The notes below the pieces were generated by a model that was given only the letters and a program-made list of their open reading frames with translations, was not told the DNA's origin and searched no databases. Position numbers and translations under genes: made by a program. From Lama glama (lineage: Eukaryota): a stretch of DNA of 64,000 nt. Positions 1 through 12,384 of the stretch are shown piece by piece; positions within the stretch are counted from its first letter, which is position 1; each line of letters begins with the position of its first letter. The stretch is from NCBI GenBank assembly GCA_028534125.1, contig CM052816.1:14200001-14264000 (forward strand). The letters are read 5' to 3'.

Positions 1-50
1 GAGAGCTAAAGGGGAAGGGTGTTTGTTGCTCTATTTCCAAGGTAGAATAA

Positions 51-290
51 AGAGCAAGAAAGAGGCCCGAGAAGGAGAGAGAAAGGAAAGAGGAAAGGGA
101 GGGAGGGAGGGAAGAGGGAAGAGAGGAGGAGAGGAGGAGGGAAGAGGGAGGGAGAGGGAGGAGGAAGGGGGAGGGAGAGGGAGGAGGAAGGGGGAGGGGA
201 GGGAGGAAGAGGGGAAAGTGAGGGAAGAAGGAGGAGGGGAGGGGGAGGGAGGGAGGCAGAGACAGAAGTGAGGCAGGAAGGAGGGAGGCA
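51..290. repeat. GA-rich polypurine low-complexity tract
   Basis: About 240 nt of almost only G and A (GGA/GGGA/GAGG runs); explains the spurious ORFs 23..271 and 31..399. Confidence 0.95.
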
Positions 291-2248
291 GGCAAGTGAG
301 CACCTCCTGCTCAGTCAGTTCATCTGGTAAAAGTTCTCTCACAGGCTGGTTACTCCCACTCGATTTGTTCAGCCAAGCTGAGATACCCTCACTTTCCAAC
401 CAGAGACGGTGTGGGGGTTGAGAAAGACCTTGTGGGCCTACATACCCCTCCTTCCCGCTGCCAGGTTTCTGTCACACCTCAAAGGTGATTTTCTGGGAAA
501 GGGTGTTTCTGGCCTGGGTGGAACAGCCTGGTACAGCCCTCAGTGTCTGGCTCCCAGCAAGACTTTCCAGAAGGAACCCATACTAGCCTCCCCTTCCTCC
601 GGGGTCCTGCTGAGAACTCCCACCCAGTGCTCCTGCATCTGAGTGTGGAGCCAGAGGAAACCTGGGAAAGCTGTGGAGATGAGACAGGCAGCCATCTGAC
701 ACACGTATGCACATAGCTACATGGGTAAGTCTCTGTATGTAGACGCACATACAGATGCATGTAGAGCTTTCCTGGTGAGTCAGTTACAGTTACGACCTTC
801 CCCAGAGGCAGGGAGCTGACCCACCAGCTGGCAGGGTGTGGACAGCTGTGCCAGGGATGTCAGAGTGGACCAGTGATCATGGAGGGCCACACACCCACAC
901 ATGGAGCATGATCAGGTCTCCCAGAGGGCGAACACAGACTGAAAAATGCAACTATTTCTCTAATCTGCTTGTGCTGATTGTGCCAGAAACAAATACCAGC
1001 AGGCTTGGAAAAAATGTTTCTGTTCGTTTGCCTGGGCTCTGAGCCATCCGCACCAAAGTGGAAGGAAAAAGAAAAGGAACAGATTCCGGGGCTGTTTTGT
1101 CTGGCTCACTGGACCCTCTGCCCTCTCTGCCCCCTTCACCTCTGGGAGGGAAGGATTGGGGGGGGTCACTGGGAGCCCCCCAGACGGAGGACCTGAAATA
1201 GCCCCTTGAGTTTCCCACAAACAAGCTTCAGAAGCGGAAACTGGCTCTGGCTCCCTAGGGCAGAAACTGAGAGCTCAACTCTCAAACACTTCCTTTGCTT
1301 GGTAACAATGCGGGGAGGAATTTCCACAAATCCCCTTAGCTGTCATGGCTTCCGCTCCTCAACTTGGGAAAAGACAGCCTGGGACATTCCAGCCCCCTAC
1401 CCCCACCCCGACCCTGTTTGATCTGTTTGGCTCCTAGACGGGGCTTGGAGAACATACGTTTCCCTTCCCTATTTTTCCTCCCAGAGATGAGAAACACCCA
1501 GGTCTGACCAGGCTGTGGGAAGCGGCCTGGCCAGCCCAGTAGCATCACCAAGAGGCTGCTCTCTTCTGTTTCAGAGAAGAAGGGGACTTAAGGGGAGGGA
1601 TTGGGAGGACCCAGACTGTAGAGCCAATCAGCCCCAACCCGTGTCTGTCTGGGCTCCATCACTTCCTAGCTGTGTCACACTGGGGGCTTACTTGGGCTCC
1701 TGTCTCACCAGGTGGTCATGGGGGTCCCACGATGTAGCTTTACAAAGCACTTAGCACAGCTGGCGCATGACAAGAACTTGATCAATGTGATCTGTTGCAG
1801 CCAACTCAAAGGTCATTACCTTGAGACTCCCCTGCCTCAAAATAGCAGAACTTCTGTGCCCTTCAATCCCTGTGAGTGTTCCCCAATCCCACCTGCACGG
1901 ACTATAGTCACCACGTGGGATCTGCTCAGCTCTTCTGCTCCAGCTCACAAAGCCCTTTGGGGAAAACTTCCCAAATCCACGCTGATGTCTGTGTCTGCAG
2001 TGATTCCCACAGGTGCTCCTGGAGCTTCCCATCTACCTCAGAGCACAGGTGGAGTGCTGGATTCTGAGCAGAGGCCAGGAGGTCCCTGTCAAGCTCTGGA
2101 CCTCACTCGACCACCAGAGCACCTGTGCTTGTGCCCAGAACTGCACGGAATCTCTGATCTAACCTCAGAAACTAATCGTCAAAGTGTGCTGGGAGTAATC
2201 ACCTACCTTAGAGGAGCCTCAGTTTCTTTATCTGGAAAATGGGAGGGT

Positions 2249-2635
2249 GATATGGGCTGAACTGTGTTCCCCCAAAATGCATATATCAAAGTCCTAAACC
2301 CCCAAGGTATTTGGAGACAGGGCTTGTAAGAAGGTAATAAAAGTTTAAATGAGGTCATAAGGGTGGGGCCTTACACTCCAATAGAATTAGTGTCCTTATA
2401 AGAAGAGGAAGAGACACCAGAGCTTCCTCTTTCTCTGTGAGTACAGAGAAGACTATGTAAGGACACTGAGAGAAGGTAGCCATCTACAAGCCAGAAGGAA
2501 AGGGCTCACCAGAGACCAACCCTGCTAGAACCTTGATCTTGGACTTCCAGCCTCCAGAACTGTGAGAAAATAAAGTTCTGTCATTTAAGCCACCCACCTG
2601 TGGTATTTGGTTATGGCAGCCTGAGCAGACGGATG
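2249..2635 (+). mobile_element. MaLR solo LTR (MLT1A/B-like)
   Basis: Starts ..TATGGGCTGAACTGTGTTCCCCCAAAAT; ends GGACTTCCAGCCTCCAGAACTGTGAGAAAATAAA..TTTAAGCCACCCA..TGTGGTATTTGGTTATGGCAGCC, the typical MLT1 termini. Confidence 0.85.
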
Positions 2636-2836
2636 CAGAGATGGTGAACAGAATTGCTGCTCTGTGGAGTAAGGGGGTATATCAGAGGTGGCTGAGAGGC
2701 TGGGAGCCAAGGGAGGCAGGCAGACAGAGACTGGGCAAAGAGAGGCTGGAGGGATGGGGGGGAATCCTTCATACCTGACTTCGATGGAACTAGCACCTAT
2801 TTTAGCTATTTTTTTAATGGGAGTATAAGCCCCTCC

Positions 2837-2878
2837 CCTTCTTCTTCTTCTTCTTCTTCTTCTTTTTTTTTTTTTTTT
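2837..2878. repeat. (CTT)n microsatellite followed by poly(T)
   Basis: Directly visible. Confidence 0.95.
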
Positions 2879-3044
2879 AAGAAAATTTCCTTGATGAACA
2901 GCTTTTTGAAATCCCTGGACTGAAGGATTTCTCAAAGCCCAAGCTTGCCATCTTAATAGTATCTATGACCTGCTCTGAAGAATTATGAAGTCATGGGACT
3001 CAAAGACCTGACCAGGGTTTGGGAGCCATTTTGGTTTCCAAAAC

Positions 3045-3230
3045 TGATGATGCCTCTACCATGTACCAGGCTGTCTTCCACGGTTTACATTCATTAACCA
3101 ATTAACCCTCCCTAACACCCTATGAGGGATACTTATCATCGCCATTTGACGAATGAGAAAAGTATGGTTCAGATTGGTTAAGCCACTTGCTTAGGGCCAC
3201 ACAGAGTGATCTGTTTGATTCCAAGGCCCA
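3045..3230 (-). mobile_element. MIR SINE fragment
   Basis: Antisense MIR-like text: ..CATTTGACGAATGAGAAAAGTATGGTTCAGA..GGTTAAGCCACTTGC. Confidence 0.65.
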
Positions 3231-3427
3231 TGACCATCCTCCACCATCCTAGAATAAAGGGGGAGGAAGTCACGAAGCAGTCATTCTGTCAGCAAGTGTC
3301 ACCACAGTCTGACTGCAGCAGAGACCTCCCAGCTCGAGTGAGGAATCTGCCCCTAAAATCTCAGGAACTATGTCAATGGGCTGTTTCCTAATTCTCAGAA
3401 TTCTATGTGCCTCACAAACCAGCATTT

Positions 3428-3598
3428 ATGGGGAGGGTATAGCTCAAGTGGTAGAGCTCATGCTTAGCATGCAGAAAGTCATGGGTTCAATCCCCAGTAC
3501 CTCTCCTAAAAGTAAGCAAATCTAATCACCTCCGCACTACCAAAATAAAGTAATTAAATGATACAATACTAAATAAATAAAGTATTAAAAGCAAATGA
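3428..3598 (+). mobile_element. tRNA-Ala-derived SINE (camelid Vic-1-like)
   Basis: GGGGAGGGTATAGCTCAAGTGGTAGAG..GGGTTCAATCCCCAGTACCTC head with A/B boxes, A-rich tail; perfect 13-bp TSD ACAAACCAGCATT at 3414-3426 and 3599-3611. Confidence 0.9.
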
Positions 3599-3863
3599 AC
3601 AAACCAGCATTCAGATTTGCTTATCCAACTGACTTTTGCATTTTCTGCTACATGTTTGGATTTGGGCCTCTTTAACACTAAGGTGCATTTACATAAAATG
3701 GGCAAATGATCATTCTGAATTTAGTGTTACTTAATGTTTTCTTACTGGACCTGCAGGACTACCAGTGTTTCATTAAAGATTCCAGGCATTCAACAAAGGA
3801 TAAGTAGAATAAAACTGTCCCTTTGTGCAGACAAATGATTGGCTACAGAGAAACCCCCAAATA

Positions 3864-4118
3864 GGAGGAAGGGATAAATTAGGAGTTTGGGATTAGCAGA
3901 TACAAACTACTATACGTAAAACAGATAAAACAAGAAGGAGCTACTGTATAGCACAGACAATTATATTTAATATCTTGTAATAACCTATAATGAAAAAGAA
4001 AGTGAAAAAGAATATGTGTATATATATATACACATACATATATATAAAACTGAATCACTATGCTGTATACCAGAAACTAACAAAACATTGTAAATCAACT
4101 ATACTTCAATTAAAAAAA
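3864..4118 (+). mobile_element. Young LINE-1 3' UTR fragment
   Basis: GGGATAAATTAGGAGTTTGGGATTAGCAGATACAAACTACTATA..CTGAATCACTATGCTGTATACCAGAAACTAAC..CTTCAATT+poly(A); flanked by CCCCAAATA repeats. Confidence 0.9.
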
Positions 4119-4542
4119 GACATCCCCAAATAACACTCAGATACAGTATTTGAACTAATAAGAGAGGTCTACAAAATCACTGCATAAAAAAATCATCTGC
4201 ATTCCTATCTATCAGCCACAATCAATTAAAATATGTTGTTTTCTTAAAAAGATACCCATTTCTAAAGGCCATCAAAATAATTTAAAGCACCTAGGAATAA
4301 GTCTAGAAAAGTTATGTAAAAAATTTAGAAAAGCTCTTTGTGAAAAATGATTAAACTTTAGATGACATTTTGAAAGATCCAAATAGATGGAGAGAAATAC
4401 AATGTTCTTACATAAGAAAATTTAAAATCATAATTATATCAATTCTAACCAAACTCATCTATACCTTTAATGTAATGCCTATAAAAATTCCAACAGGTAT
4501 TTTCAAGGGATTTGAAAAGCTGTTTCAGAAATGTGTATGGTA

Positions 4543-4680
4543 GGTGGGAGAGTATAGCTTAATGGTAGAGTGCAGGCCTAGCATGCACAAGGGCCTTGGT
4601 TCAATTCCCAGCACCTCCACTAGAAAAATAAATAAATAAATAAAGCCCTCCCCCCAAAAAAAGTTTTAAAAAAATTTTAA
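4543..4680 (+). mobile_element. tRNA-Ala-derived SINE (Vic-1-like) inside old L1
   Basis: tRNA-like head and AT-rich tail; perfect 14-bp TSD AAATGTGTATGGTA at 4529-4542 and 4681-4694. Confidence 0.9.
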
Positions 4681-5817
4681 AAATGTGTATGGTAAAGCAA
4701 CTGTCCAAGAAAGCCAAGAAACTTCTGAAAAAGAGTAAGTGGGGATGTAGGGCCTACCCAATCAGATGCCATAACTCACTGTTAAAGATGGATAATAAAG
4801 ACAGTGCTCATTGGAACAAGGAGAGAAAATAGGCCAACAAAACACAATAGAAACCTGTATTTGTGGAAGTTTGATTTATGACCAAGTGGACATTTCAGAT
4901 AGTGATTAAAGCTTGGATTATTTACTACGGTGCTAAGACAATTGGTGAATTAAGGAGAAGTAGGTGAAGTTGTATCCCTGTCTCACACCATATACCAAAA
5001 ACCAAAACCCCCAAAAACCCATCCATTCAGGAAATTAAGTATGAAATATAACAGTGAAAAATCTTTATAGGGCAACAAAGAGAAATATGTTCATATGCTC
5101 AAGGATAGGAAGGATTTCTTAATCAAGAGCAGAAAGCCTAAATGATAAAGGAAAGCACTGATCAATTCAACCACATTTTAAAAGGAGAGTGCAAAAACTT
5201 GCTGGGAAAAGATATTTGAAACACACTTCACTAACAAAGAATTAATAAAGAGAATATATAAAGTACTCCTGTAAATTTAAAAAATAGGAGCAAAAATAAA
5301 TCATAAATGTGAGCAAAAGCCTTAAGAAAGCTAACAGAAGAAGAAACACAAATGGCCCACCAACACGTGAAAAGATGCTCAACCTCATTAGTCATCGGAG
5401 AAACACACATTGAAACCTTGATGAGATGCTCTTTCACACCCAGTCTTACTACACCTACTGCTTCACACCTACCAGACTCACTATAATTAGGAAGTCGGTG
5501 AGCCCAGAGCTTGGAAAGGATATGGACCTATGGGAACTGCCAACTGGTACAACCCCTTTGAAAAAAGTTTGACCTTACCTAATAGAGATTACTATGCACA
5601 CTCTCTACCACCCAGCAATCCTGTGCTTTGTGCCCTAGACAAACTCCTGCTCAGATGTTCAGGATACAGGCAACATGCACAGATGTTCACGGCAGGGTTG
5701 TTTAGCAGAGTCAGGAACTGAGGGAGGAAGAGGGGCTCCTGCGGCACAAAAGGTAAGGTAGCGTTCACCCCGAGGGTCGCTGTAGGTCATTGCCTCTAAT
5801 ATCGCACTCTCCACGTC

Positions 5818-6667
5818 TGCAGTGAGTTGAATTGTGGCCCCCCAAAAGGGGCATGAAACCTGTAAATGTGATCGTATTTGGAAAAAGGGTCTTTGAAGAT
5901 GTAATTAAGGATTAGGAGATGAGATCACTCTGGATAATCTGGGTGGCAAGTGACAAGTGTCCTTATAAAAAACACACAGATGTGTTACGTGAAGTAAGTC
6001 AGACAAAGACAAGTATCATAGGATATCACTTACACGTGGAATCTAAAAAAAGATACAAATGAACTTGTTTACAAACCAGAGATAGACTTATATGGAAAAT
6101 GAACTATGGGTACCAAAGGGGAAAGGGGTGGGGAGAGGGATAAATTAGGAGTTTGGGGTTAACATATACACACTACTATATATAAAACAGATAAACAACA
6201 AGGTCCTACTGTATTGCACAGGGAAGTATATTCAATATCTTGTAATATGTGGAAAAGAATCTGAAAAAGAATATATATATATATATATGTATAACTGAAT
6301 CACTTTGCTGTACACCCAAAACTAACACAACACTTAAGTCAACTACACTCAATTTTAAAAAATTAAAAAAAAAAAAAGAGAGAGAGAGACACAGAGGAGG
6401 GACACAAGGAGAAAAGGGATGGTCACATGAAGATGGAGGCAGAGACTGGAGTTGTGCTGCCACGAGCCATAAAGTCGTAAACTTGGAGCCACCAGAAGCT
6501 AGAAGAGACGAGGGAAAACTCTTCTAGATCCTTACAGGGGGTGTAGCCCTGCTGCCACCATGATTACATACTCCTGGGCTCCAGAACTGTGAGCGAATAC
6601 AATTTTGGTTGTTTGAAGCCACCCTATGTATAGTCACTCATTATGGCAGCCAAGGAAACTAAGACAG
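5818..6667 (+). mobile_element. MaLR LTR (MLT1-like) split by an L1 3' fragment
   Basis: TGCAGTGAGTTGAATTGTGGCCCCCCAAAA start; CTCCAGAACTGTGAGCGAATAC..TTATGGCAGCCAAGGAAACTAAGACA end. Confidence 0.8.
5981..6378 (+). mobile_element. Young LINE-1 3' UTR fragment
   Basis: Same 3' UTR as 3864-4118 and 59600-59940; poly(A) end; lies inside the MLT1 LTR. Confidence 0.9.
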
Positions 6668-6699
6668 GGTCTCTCTTGCCTCTCTGTAGCCCCAGCTCT

Positions 6700-7195
6700 G
6701 TTGTTCAAAAGAGTAGAAAAAGGAAACCATCCTAATGTCCATCAACAAGAGAATACATGAATAAATTCTGGTGTTATTTCACAAGGAAACATTACAGCCA
6801 AATGAATAAACTGCAGCTACACGGGTCAGTTTGAAAGAACCTCCCAAAAAAAGTTGCGTGAAAGAAGCAAGTCAGAGAAAACTACAAATATATGCTTCCG
6901 AGTATATAAATTTCAAAAATAGGCAAAAGGAAACAATGTATTGTTTAGGTTTCAAGGCACAGGTAGGAAAGCTATAAAAAATAGCAAGTGACTGACTAAC
7001 ACAAAATAGTGATTACTTCAGGGAGGGAAGGGGCACTCAGGGCTTGTAAGGATGTGGGGTTTGAGCTGGAGTGGGGGAACGATGGAATTTCTTATAGTAT
7101 TTCTCTTTACACTCTACGTGTACCTTTTATAGACTTTTTGATATCTTTATTGACACATCGTAATTGACTATACTTCAATTTTAAAAATCTAATAA
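6700..7195 (+). mobile_element. Old LINE-1 3' end (L1M-class), probably continuing 3780-5720
   Basis: CCTAATGTCCATCAACAAGAGAATACATGAATAAATTCTGGTG..GAAAGAAGCAAGTCA motif string. Confidence 0.7.
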
Positions 7196-9852
7196 AAATT
7201 AACTAACAAAGAAAGTATAGGCTTATGGAAATTAACCTTGTCTGTTTGCTGAGTGTCTCTCCTCAGATGAAAGATTCCACAGGATATGGACTAGTCTTGT
7301 CACACGTCATTCAGTCACCTGACACACAGGCACCAGCTCCCAGGAGGGCAGTTACTGAGCTAGGCTCTGGGCTCCAAAAAGAGGGAACAGATTTGCAGGG
7401 AAAAGTGTTGGGAGGTGAGAGAAGAGAGAAAACACACACTGTCTTATGTGCAAAATTAATTTGCAAGGTGAAATGCATTTGAGGGCCACGACTTATGTTG
7501 TCTGGTACTCCAAAGCCTGAAGGCTTTCAATACTTGTTAAAGGGATAAATCTCCTGACCGTATAAATTCTATCCAGTTAAAGATAGAAGGTTGAACACAG
7601 GTACTTAATATTCCAAAGCCCACTGAAATAAGATGAAGGGAATTTTTTTTTTTTGAAAAGACATACTCAGAAGGACAACATAAGCAGAAGAGAGCAGCAA
7701 AAAAAAAAAAAAAAAAGGCAAAACAAACAAAAACCCAGCAACAAAAAAGCTGGCAAGCAGATGGATGAGTGGCCCTAAACTTGGCAGGCCCCACGAAGCT
7801 GACTCCCAAGCCAGAGCCGGGCAGGCTGAGCAGCCACGTGATTTGCACGCAGATCCTTGCAAAGCACTCAGGGCTGACAGCACCAAGCATCCCAAGATGT
7901 GGGGGTGAAGGTGGACCCTAAGAGCTGGAGAATGCACTGAAAGCCTGTTCAAGTTGAAGCCGGACGCCATTCCTCCCCCACTCCATGCAGTCTCGGGTCT
8001 GTCTCCCCCAGAGGCTGACAGACATGGGGAGGTTTCTTCTCTGAAGAGGGATCTCTTTCCTAGGGGCAGCAGCTCAGTTGACAGCAGTGGGATTACGTGT
8101 ATGTTTGCCTACGGTGCGCTGAGACACCCCCAGCCCTCTGCCCCAATGATCCTCAGAAGGTTGGCAGCCAGGGAAACTAAGTGTGGTGCCTGGTTCCCTG
8201 AAGAGCTCAGTACCTGCCAGCCCTCCTCACCGTGTCACTAGCATGCCTCCTTCCCCTGGTCCCATAGTGGAGGGGCAGGACTAGAACCCAGACGCCCGCC
8301 CAGGACTTCCAAGCCCATGTGCTTTCCCAGTTTTCTACTGGATCTCCCAGCTCGGGCAGACAAGCCCCTCTGATGCCCCACCCTCACCCCACCGTCCCCA
8401 ACTCCAATATACTGGTTGAAAGAATTAGCTGGCATCCCATCAGACACGTCAAGGGCCTAGCCATCCTTCCTCGTCCTTGCTCAGCTCAGCCCTCAGACTC
8501 CTGCACCTGTGGTACTCCGGGTCACAGGGGAGTCTTCCTTCACCTTCTAGCCTTAGAAGTCATTGGGAGGAGGGTTTTTTGAAAATCTGGAGGAGATCTG
8601 AAGAGTCCCCAGGGGTCTTGGGCTCTGGAGTGAGAAAAGGTCCCAGAGGGCGGAGTCTGGTCCTAGAGGGCTACATTTGAGAACTTCCTGGTCATACCCA
8701 TAGGCTGTGGGTGAATGGATGTCCTCTTCCCCAAGAAAGGGAGAAGTTAAACAATTGCTTTGAGACCATCACATGTAGGGAAAGAGGAAAAGGAGCAGCT
8801 TCTGTGTCTTCCAAACCTGAAATGAAAACCCCAGTCTCTCCGCTCAGGCCACCCTCCTGCTGCTAGTGTTGGCCAAGATGAGGGATAAATTTCATCTGTC
8901 TAAGAGCCATCTGAGAGGCGTGGCACACAAAATGCAGCAGCTTCTAGACTATTGGGAGGCCAGGAATCAAGAGTCCAGGATGCATCCAGGCACAGACAAC
9001 CTGTCTCAAAGGGCTTCCCTGGGGACGTCTGGCTCCATCCCTCCCTTCACAGACCCACCTGAGTGGTCTGCTGCAGAACAGAGACCCCATGATGAGTCAG
9101 GAAAAAGAGCAGAAATACTCAAGAGGAACTCCAAAAGGATCCCTCACACCCACTCCCTCCCTGCTCCAACCCCAGCTGCCATCAGCTCCAGCCAAAAAGC
9201 CTTCTGTCCCCGGGGAGCCCCCAGCGCCACTCTTCCCTGCGGGTACCACACAGCCAGGACAAGAAAGCATTCCTTTCGGTGGGGCAAGGAGGAAGTGGGC
9301 CCAGCCCTGCCAGGCGGGAGGGGAAGAGGATTCCATTCCTATTGTTCTCACTCAGACTGCCCAACAATGGGACTAAGAGAGGAGGAAGGAGGTGCCTTGG
9401 GAGTCTGTCTGACCTGCTGGAGCAGCAGTAACCAGGGCATTCCAGCCTCCAACTGGTTCTTCTGTTCTCTCCTGCCTCCCTCCCACACCCCCTCTTCTTC
9501 TTCCTCTCTCCACCCCTACCCCCACCATGCCAATAGTCTGCAGGAAGCTCAGGGCTAGGGGGCCCAGCCCTGGTGCCTGTCACCTGTTGCCAGTCCTGGC
9601 TTGCCCTGTGAGTTCTCTGCAACATTCCTTCTGCAGATTTGCAGCCTCGACCCACAGAGTTGAAATCCAAACATCTCCCCAGACTGTAGACCCCACACTG
9701 GAATTCCCAGGGCCATGATCACGTGGGGTGGAGAATGCTAATCAAAATCAGTTTCTTCCATTGTAGGCATCACTGCCTTTAAAGGACACAGGCCTGGTCC
9801 GGGGATGCAGCAGTGAACCAAATAGATTCCAGTCCTTAAGAAGCTTATGTCT

Positions 9853-10002
9853 CGAGGGAGGGTACAACTCAGTGGTAGAGTGAGTGCTCAACATGCACGA
9901 GGTCCTTGGTTCAATCTCCAGCACCTCCAATAAATAAACAAATAAATAAATGTAGTTATCTCCATCTACCCCATCCCCCAAAAAACTCACAAAAAAACAA
10001 AA
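9853..10002 (+). mobile_element. tRNA-Ala-derived SINE (Vic-1-like)
   Basis: tRNA-like head; TSD AAGAAGC(T/A)TATGTC at 9838-9851 and 10003-10016. Confidence 0.9.
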
Positions 10003-10084
10003 AAGAAGCATATGTCCTCATTTTCTGCTCTCACCTGTGTGCCAAGTCTCTGTGGCAAGAAAACGCCCCCTCGACAACGTGGCC

Positions 10085-10370
10085 AGAGGTGTGGCAGCGC
10101 GGTACCGGGGTTAGGGGTAGGATTCTTGACGTGAACTAGCCCCGGGTTTGAGGCCTGCTTCTACCCATGTGCAAACTGTATAACCTTGGGAGAATTTTTC
10201 TTAGCCTCCTGCATCTCAGTTTTCTCATCTGTACAGTGGGGTTTTAGCAGGAAGATAAGCAGTATTGTTGAGGATAACAGTCATCACAGGGGTTGTCGGG
10301 AGGATCCAATGAGAAGACACATGCCAAGGGCTTGGCCCAGTGTCAGGCGTGTAATAAATAAATGCTCAGG
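10085..10370 (+). mobile_element. MIR SINE
   Basis: CTCAGTTTTCTCATCTGTACAGTGGGG core and 3' ..TAAATGCT end. Confidence 0.7.
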
Positions 10371-10390
10371 TGCCATCAGGTGTCCTCCAC

Positions 10391-10443
10391 AGTACTTGCA
10401 AAAAGTACTTGCAAAAAGTACTTGCAAAAAGTACTTGCAAAAA
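10391..10443. repeat. Perfect 13-bp tandem repeat (AGTACTTGCAAAA)x4
   Basis: Four identical head-to-tail units starting at 10391, 10404, 10417 and 10430. Confidence 0.95.
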
Positions 10444-11689
10444 GATTCCTTGGACGAGGAATCTTTGCTCCAGTTTACTGTGTACTTGCAAAAGTTCCAA
10501 TTGCCCTGACTGCTCCCTTTTCTGCAACATCTTATCCTGAGCTAGCTCCCAACCCAGAAATTCACTGGGCTGTTTATTTCCCATTTGTCCCTGTGCTCAC
10601 CACAAACATGGAGGAGCCTCTGGGCGAGGCTTATACTGAGAAGCTATAATCGTAACTTTGCAGCCAACGCATGGAGCCAGGGGACGGGATCCAAGCGCAA
10701 ACAAACCCTCCATATGGTTCAGATTTCTGAGGTCCTTGAGAAGTAGAATTCAGGAAGGTTTCTAATTATGTCATGGGCTATATGAGAGAAAACACCCTGT
10801 GAGAGGACCCTTTCTCAGCCCCCAAACAGGAAGATGACTCCGTCCCATCAGCTATCTGCTTGGTGTTGGGACAAAAAGGCGGGTCCCATCCTAAGGACCT
10901 TCCTTCTCAACAGGATGATCACAAGGAAGTTTAAAATCATTCACTGAACAGTATGGACAGGACCAGGGTGGAGACTGGTCACCATATTATTGCAAATAAT
11001 TCTTGCCTACAAGTGATGTCTACCTCTTCATGTTTGCAGTGGGGGTGGGAAAACCATTCTCAGAGTAGGTATAAAACAAGGCCCTGTGCTCCTAAACCCC
11101 CTTCCCCAAAGATGTTAAATCCTAATCTCCTTTCAGGTCATTTATACAGATATTGAAAGACTCAAGGAGACATCTGAGCAGAGCGTGATCTAATCCTATT
11201 GTCTTAGACAGATGTGCTTTCTGAGTTCTTCCCATCATGAACTTGACTTCATGGGACCTCACCCTGCACAGAGCCTCCTGCTAAGGTCTACCACATTTGT
11301 TTGCCTGTTGTCAGTGTGCCTCAGACACCTGAGGAGGTTGCACTGAGTCCTTGGGCTTCTAGACACACAGAGCTGAGAGGAAGCGGGCACAGTCAACACA
11401 TCTCTGTTTGCTGATCTGAAGATATGGGGTGGGCCAAGAGACCCCAGGATCCAAGTCAGGTTTCTCCGTGAGCATGTGAGGCAGTGGAGGCGGGGAAGGG
11501 ATGCTGGCTTGTCCTGTCGTGTACCCTAGTTCACTGGAATAGGGAATTCAGGGTCAGGTCAGAAATCCCTACGGGGACAGGCTGGAAGTGAAGACACGAT
11601 AAGCAGCCAAAGGGATGGGACGGTGTCTGTTTACTTGGTGTGACGTCCCTCAGAGCCTGTCTGGCAAAATGGATAGCGTGTAGAAGACC

Positions 11690-12010
11690 CCGCATCAGTC
11701 ACGGCTCTGGTAGGAAACAGGGGGGACCCTCGAACTGGATGGATAAGAAGTTTAACAAAGGTTCAATTCACAAACTTGAAGGAAAGCAACAAGGAACACT
11801 GCAGTGTCCCAGGGTGAGCCACAGAGCAGGCAGGAGGATGGGATAGAGGCCACCCAAGGCAACCCAGCTCACTCTCCCCACTCCCCCCAGCCTCCTGCCC
11901 ATGCTTCCCATTGGACGAACCCAACCCAGAAACCAGAGGGAAGTGAACCCAAGGTGTGGTCCACCCCAGTCCGTCCCTCAGGTCACACAGCAAGCTAGAG
12001 AAGGGAGGGA
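11690..12010. mobile_element. Ancient ERVL-type LTR fragment (LTR33/LTR41-like)
   Basis: CTCCTGCCCATGCTTCCCATTGGACGAACCCAACCCAGAAACCAGAGGG resembles the ERVL LTR motif. Confidence 0.5.
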
Positions 12011-12167
12011 CTGGCTCTGGAGGGGCAAACCGAGGTCATCCAGCCCAGCCCTCAATAAGGAGTTGCTGGTTGACTGAGAAGCCAGCCTCGGACCCCGGAT
12101 GAAGCTAACAGAGAAAGAAGCCACTTGGAGCTCCTCTGTGTCATTGCTGTTTGTGGATAACTTCAAC

Positions 12168-12360
12168 TCACTGAGCACTTATGCACCAAGCACTGCAGTA
12201 AGGGCATTATGTAAATGATCTTTCTTCATCTTCACAACAGCCCCATGGGGTGAACACGGCTATTATCCCCATTTGACAGATAAGAAAACTGGGCCTCAAA
12301 AGGTTTATGTAACTGGTTCAAGATCCACACTTATTCAATGGAATAGGGATTCAAGTTGAC
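12168..12360 (-). mobile_element. MIR SINE
   Basis: TATTATCCCCATTTGACAGATAAGAAAACTGGGCCTCAAAAGGTT is the antisense MIR core. Confidence 0.8.
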
Positions 12361-12384
12361 TCTTACTCTTTTCTTTCTATTTCC

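Larger units (their letters stand above)
3780..5720 (+). mobile_element. Old, degraded LINE-1 (L1M-class) ORF2 region
   Basis: A-rich strand with decayed ORF2 landmarks (e.g. AATGGCCCACCAACACGTGAAAAGATGCTCAACCTCATTAGTCATC); interrupted by younger inserts. Confidence 0.8.

Noticed and set aside
717..764. Bulged hairpin around TCTGTATGT-agacgc-ACATACAGA
   Set aside because: Arises from alternating purine-pyrimidine low complexity; no small-RNA hallmarks
8866..9558. 230-aa ORF
   Set aside because: Non-ATG start, no recognisable domain, composition typical of chance ORFs in GC-rich non-coding DNA
10391..10494. CRISPR-like repeat array
   Set aside because: Units are 13 bp and head-to-tail with no spacers, there are no cas genes, and the DNA is mammalian
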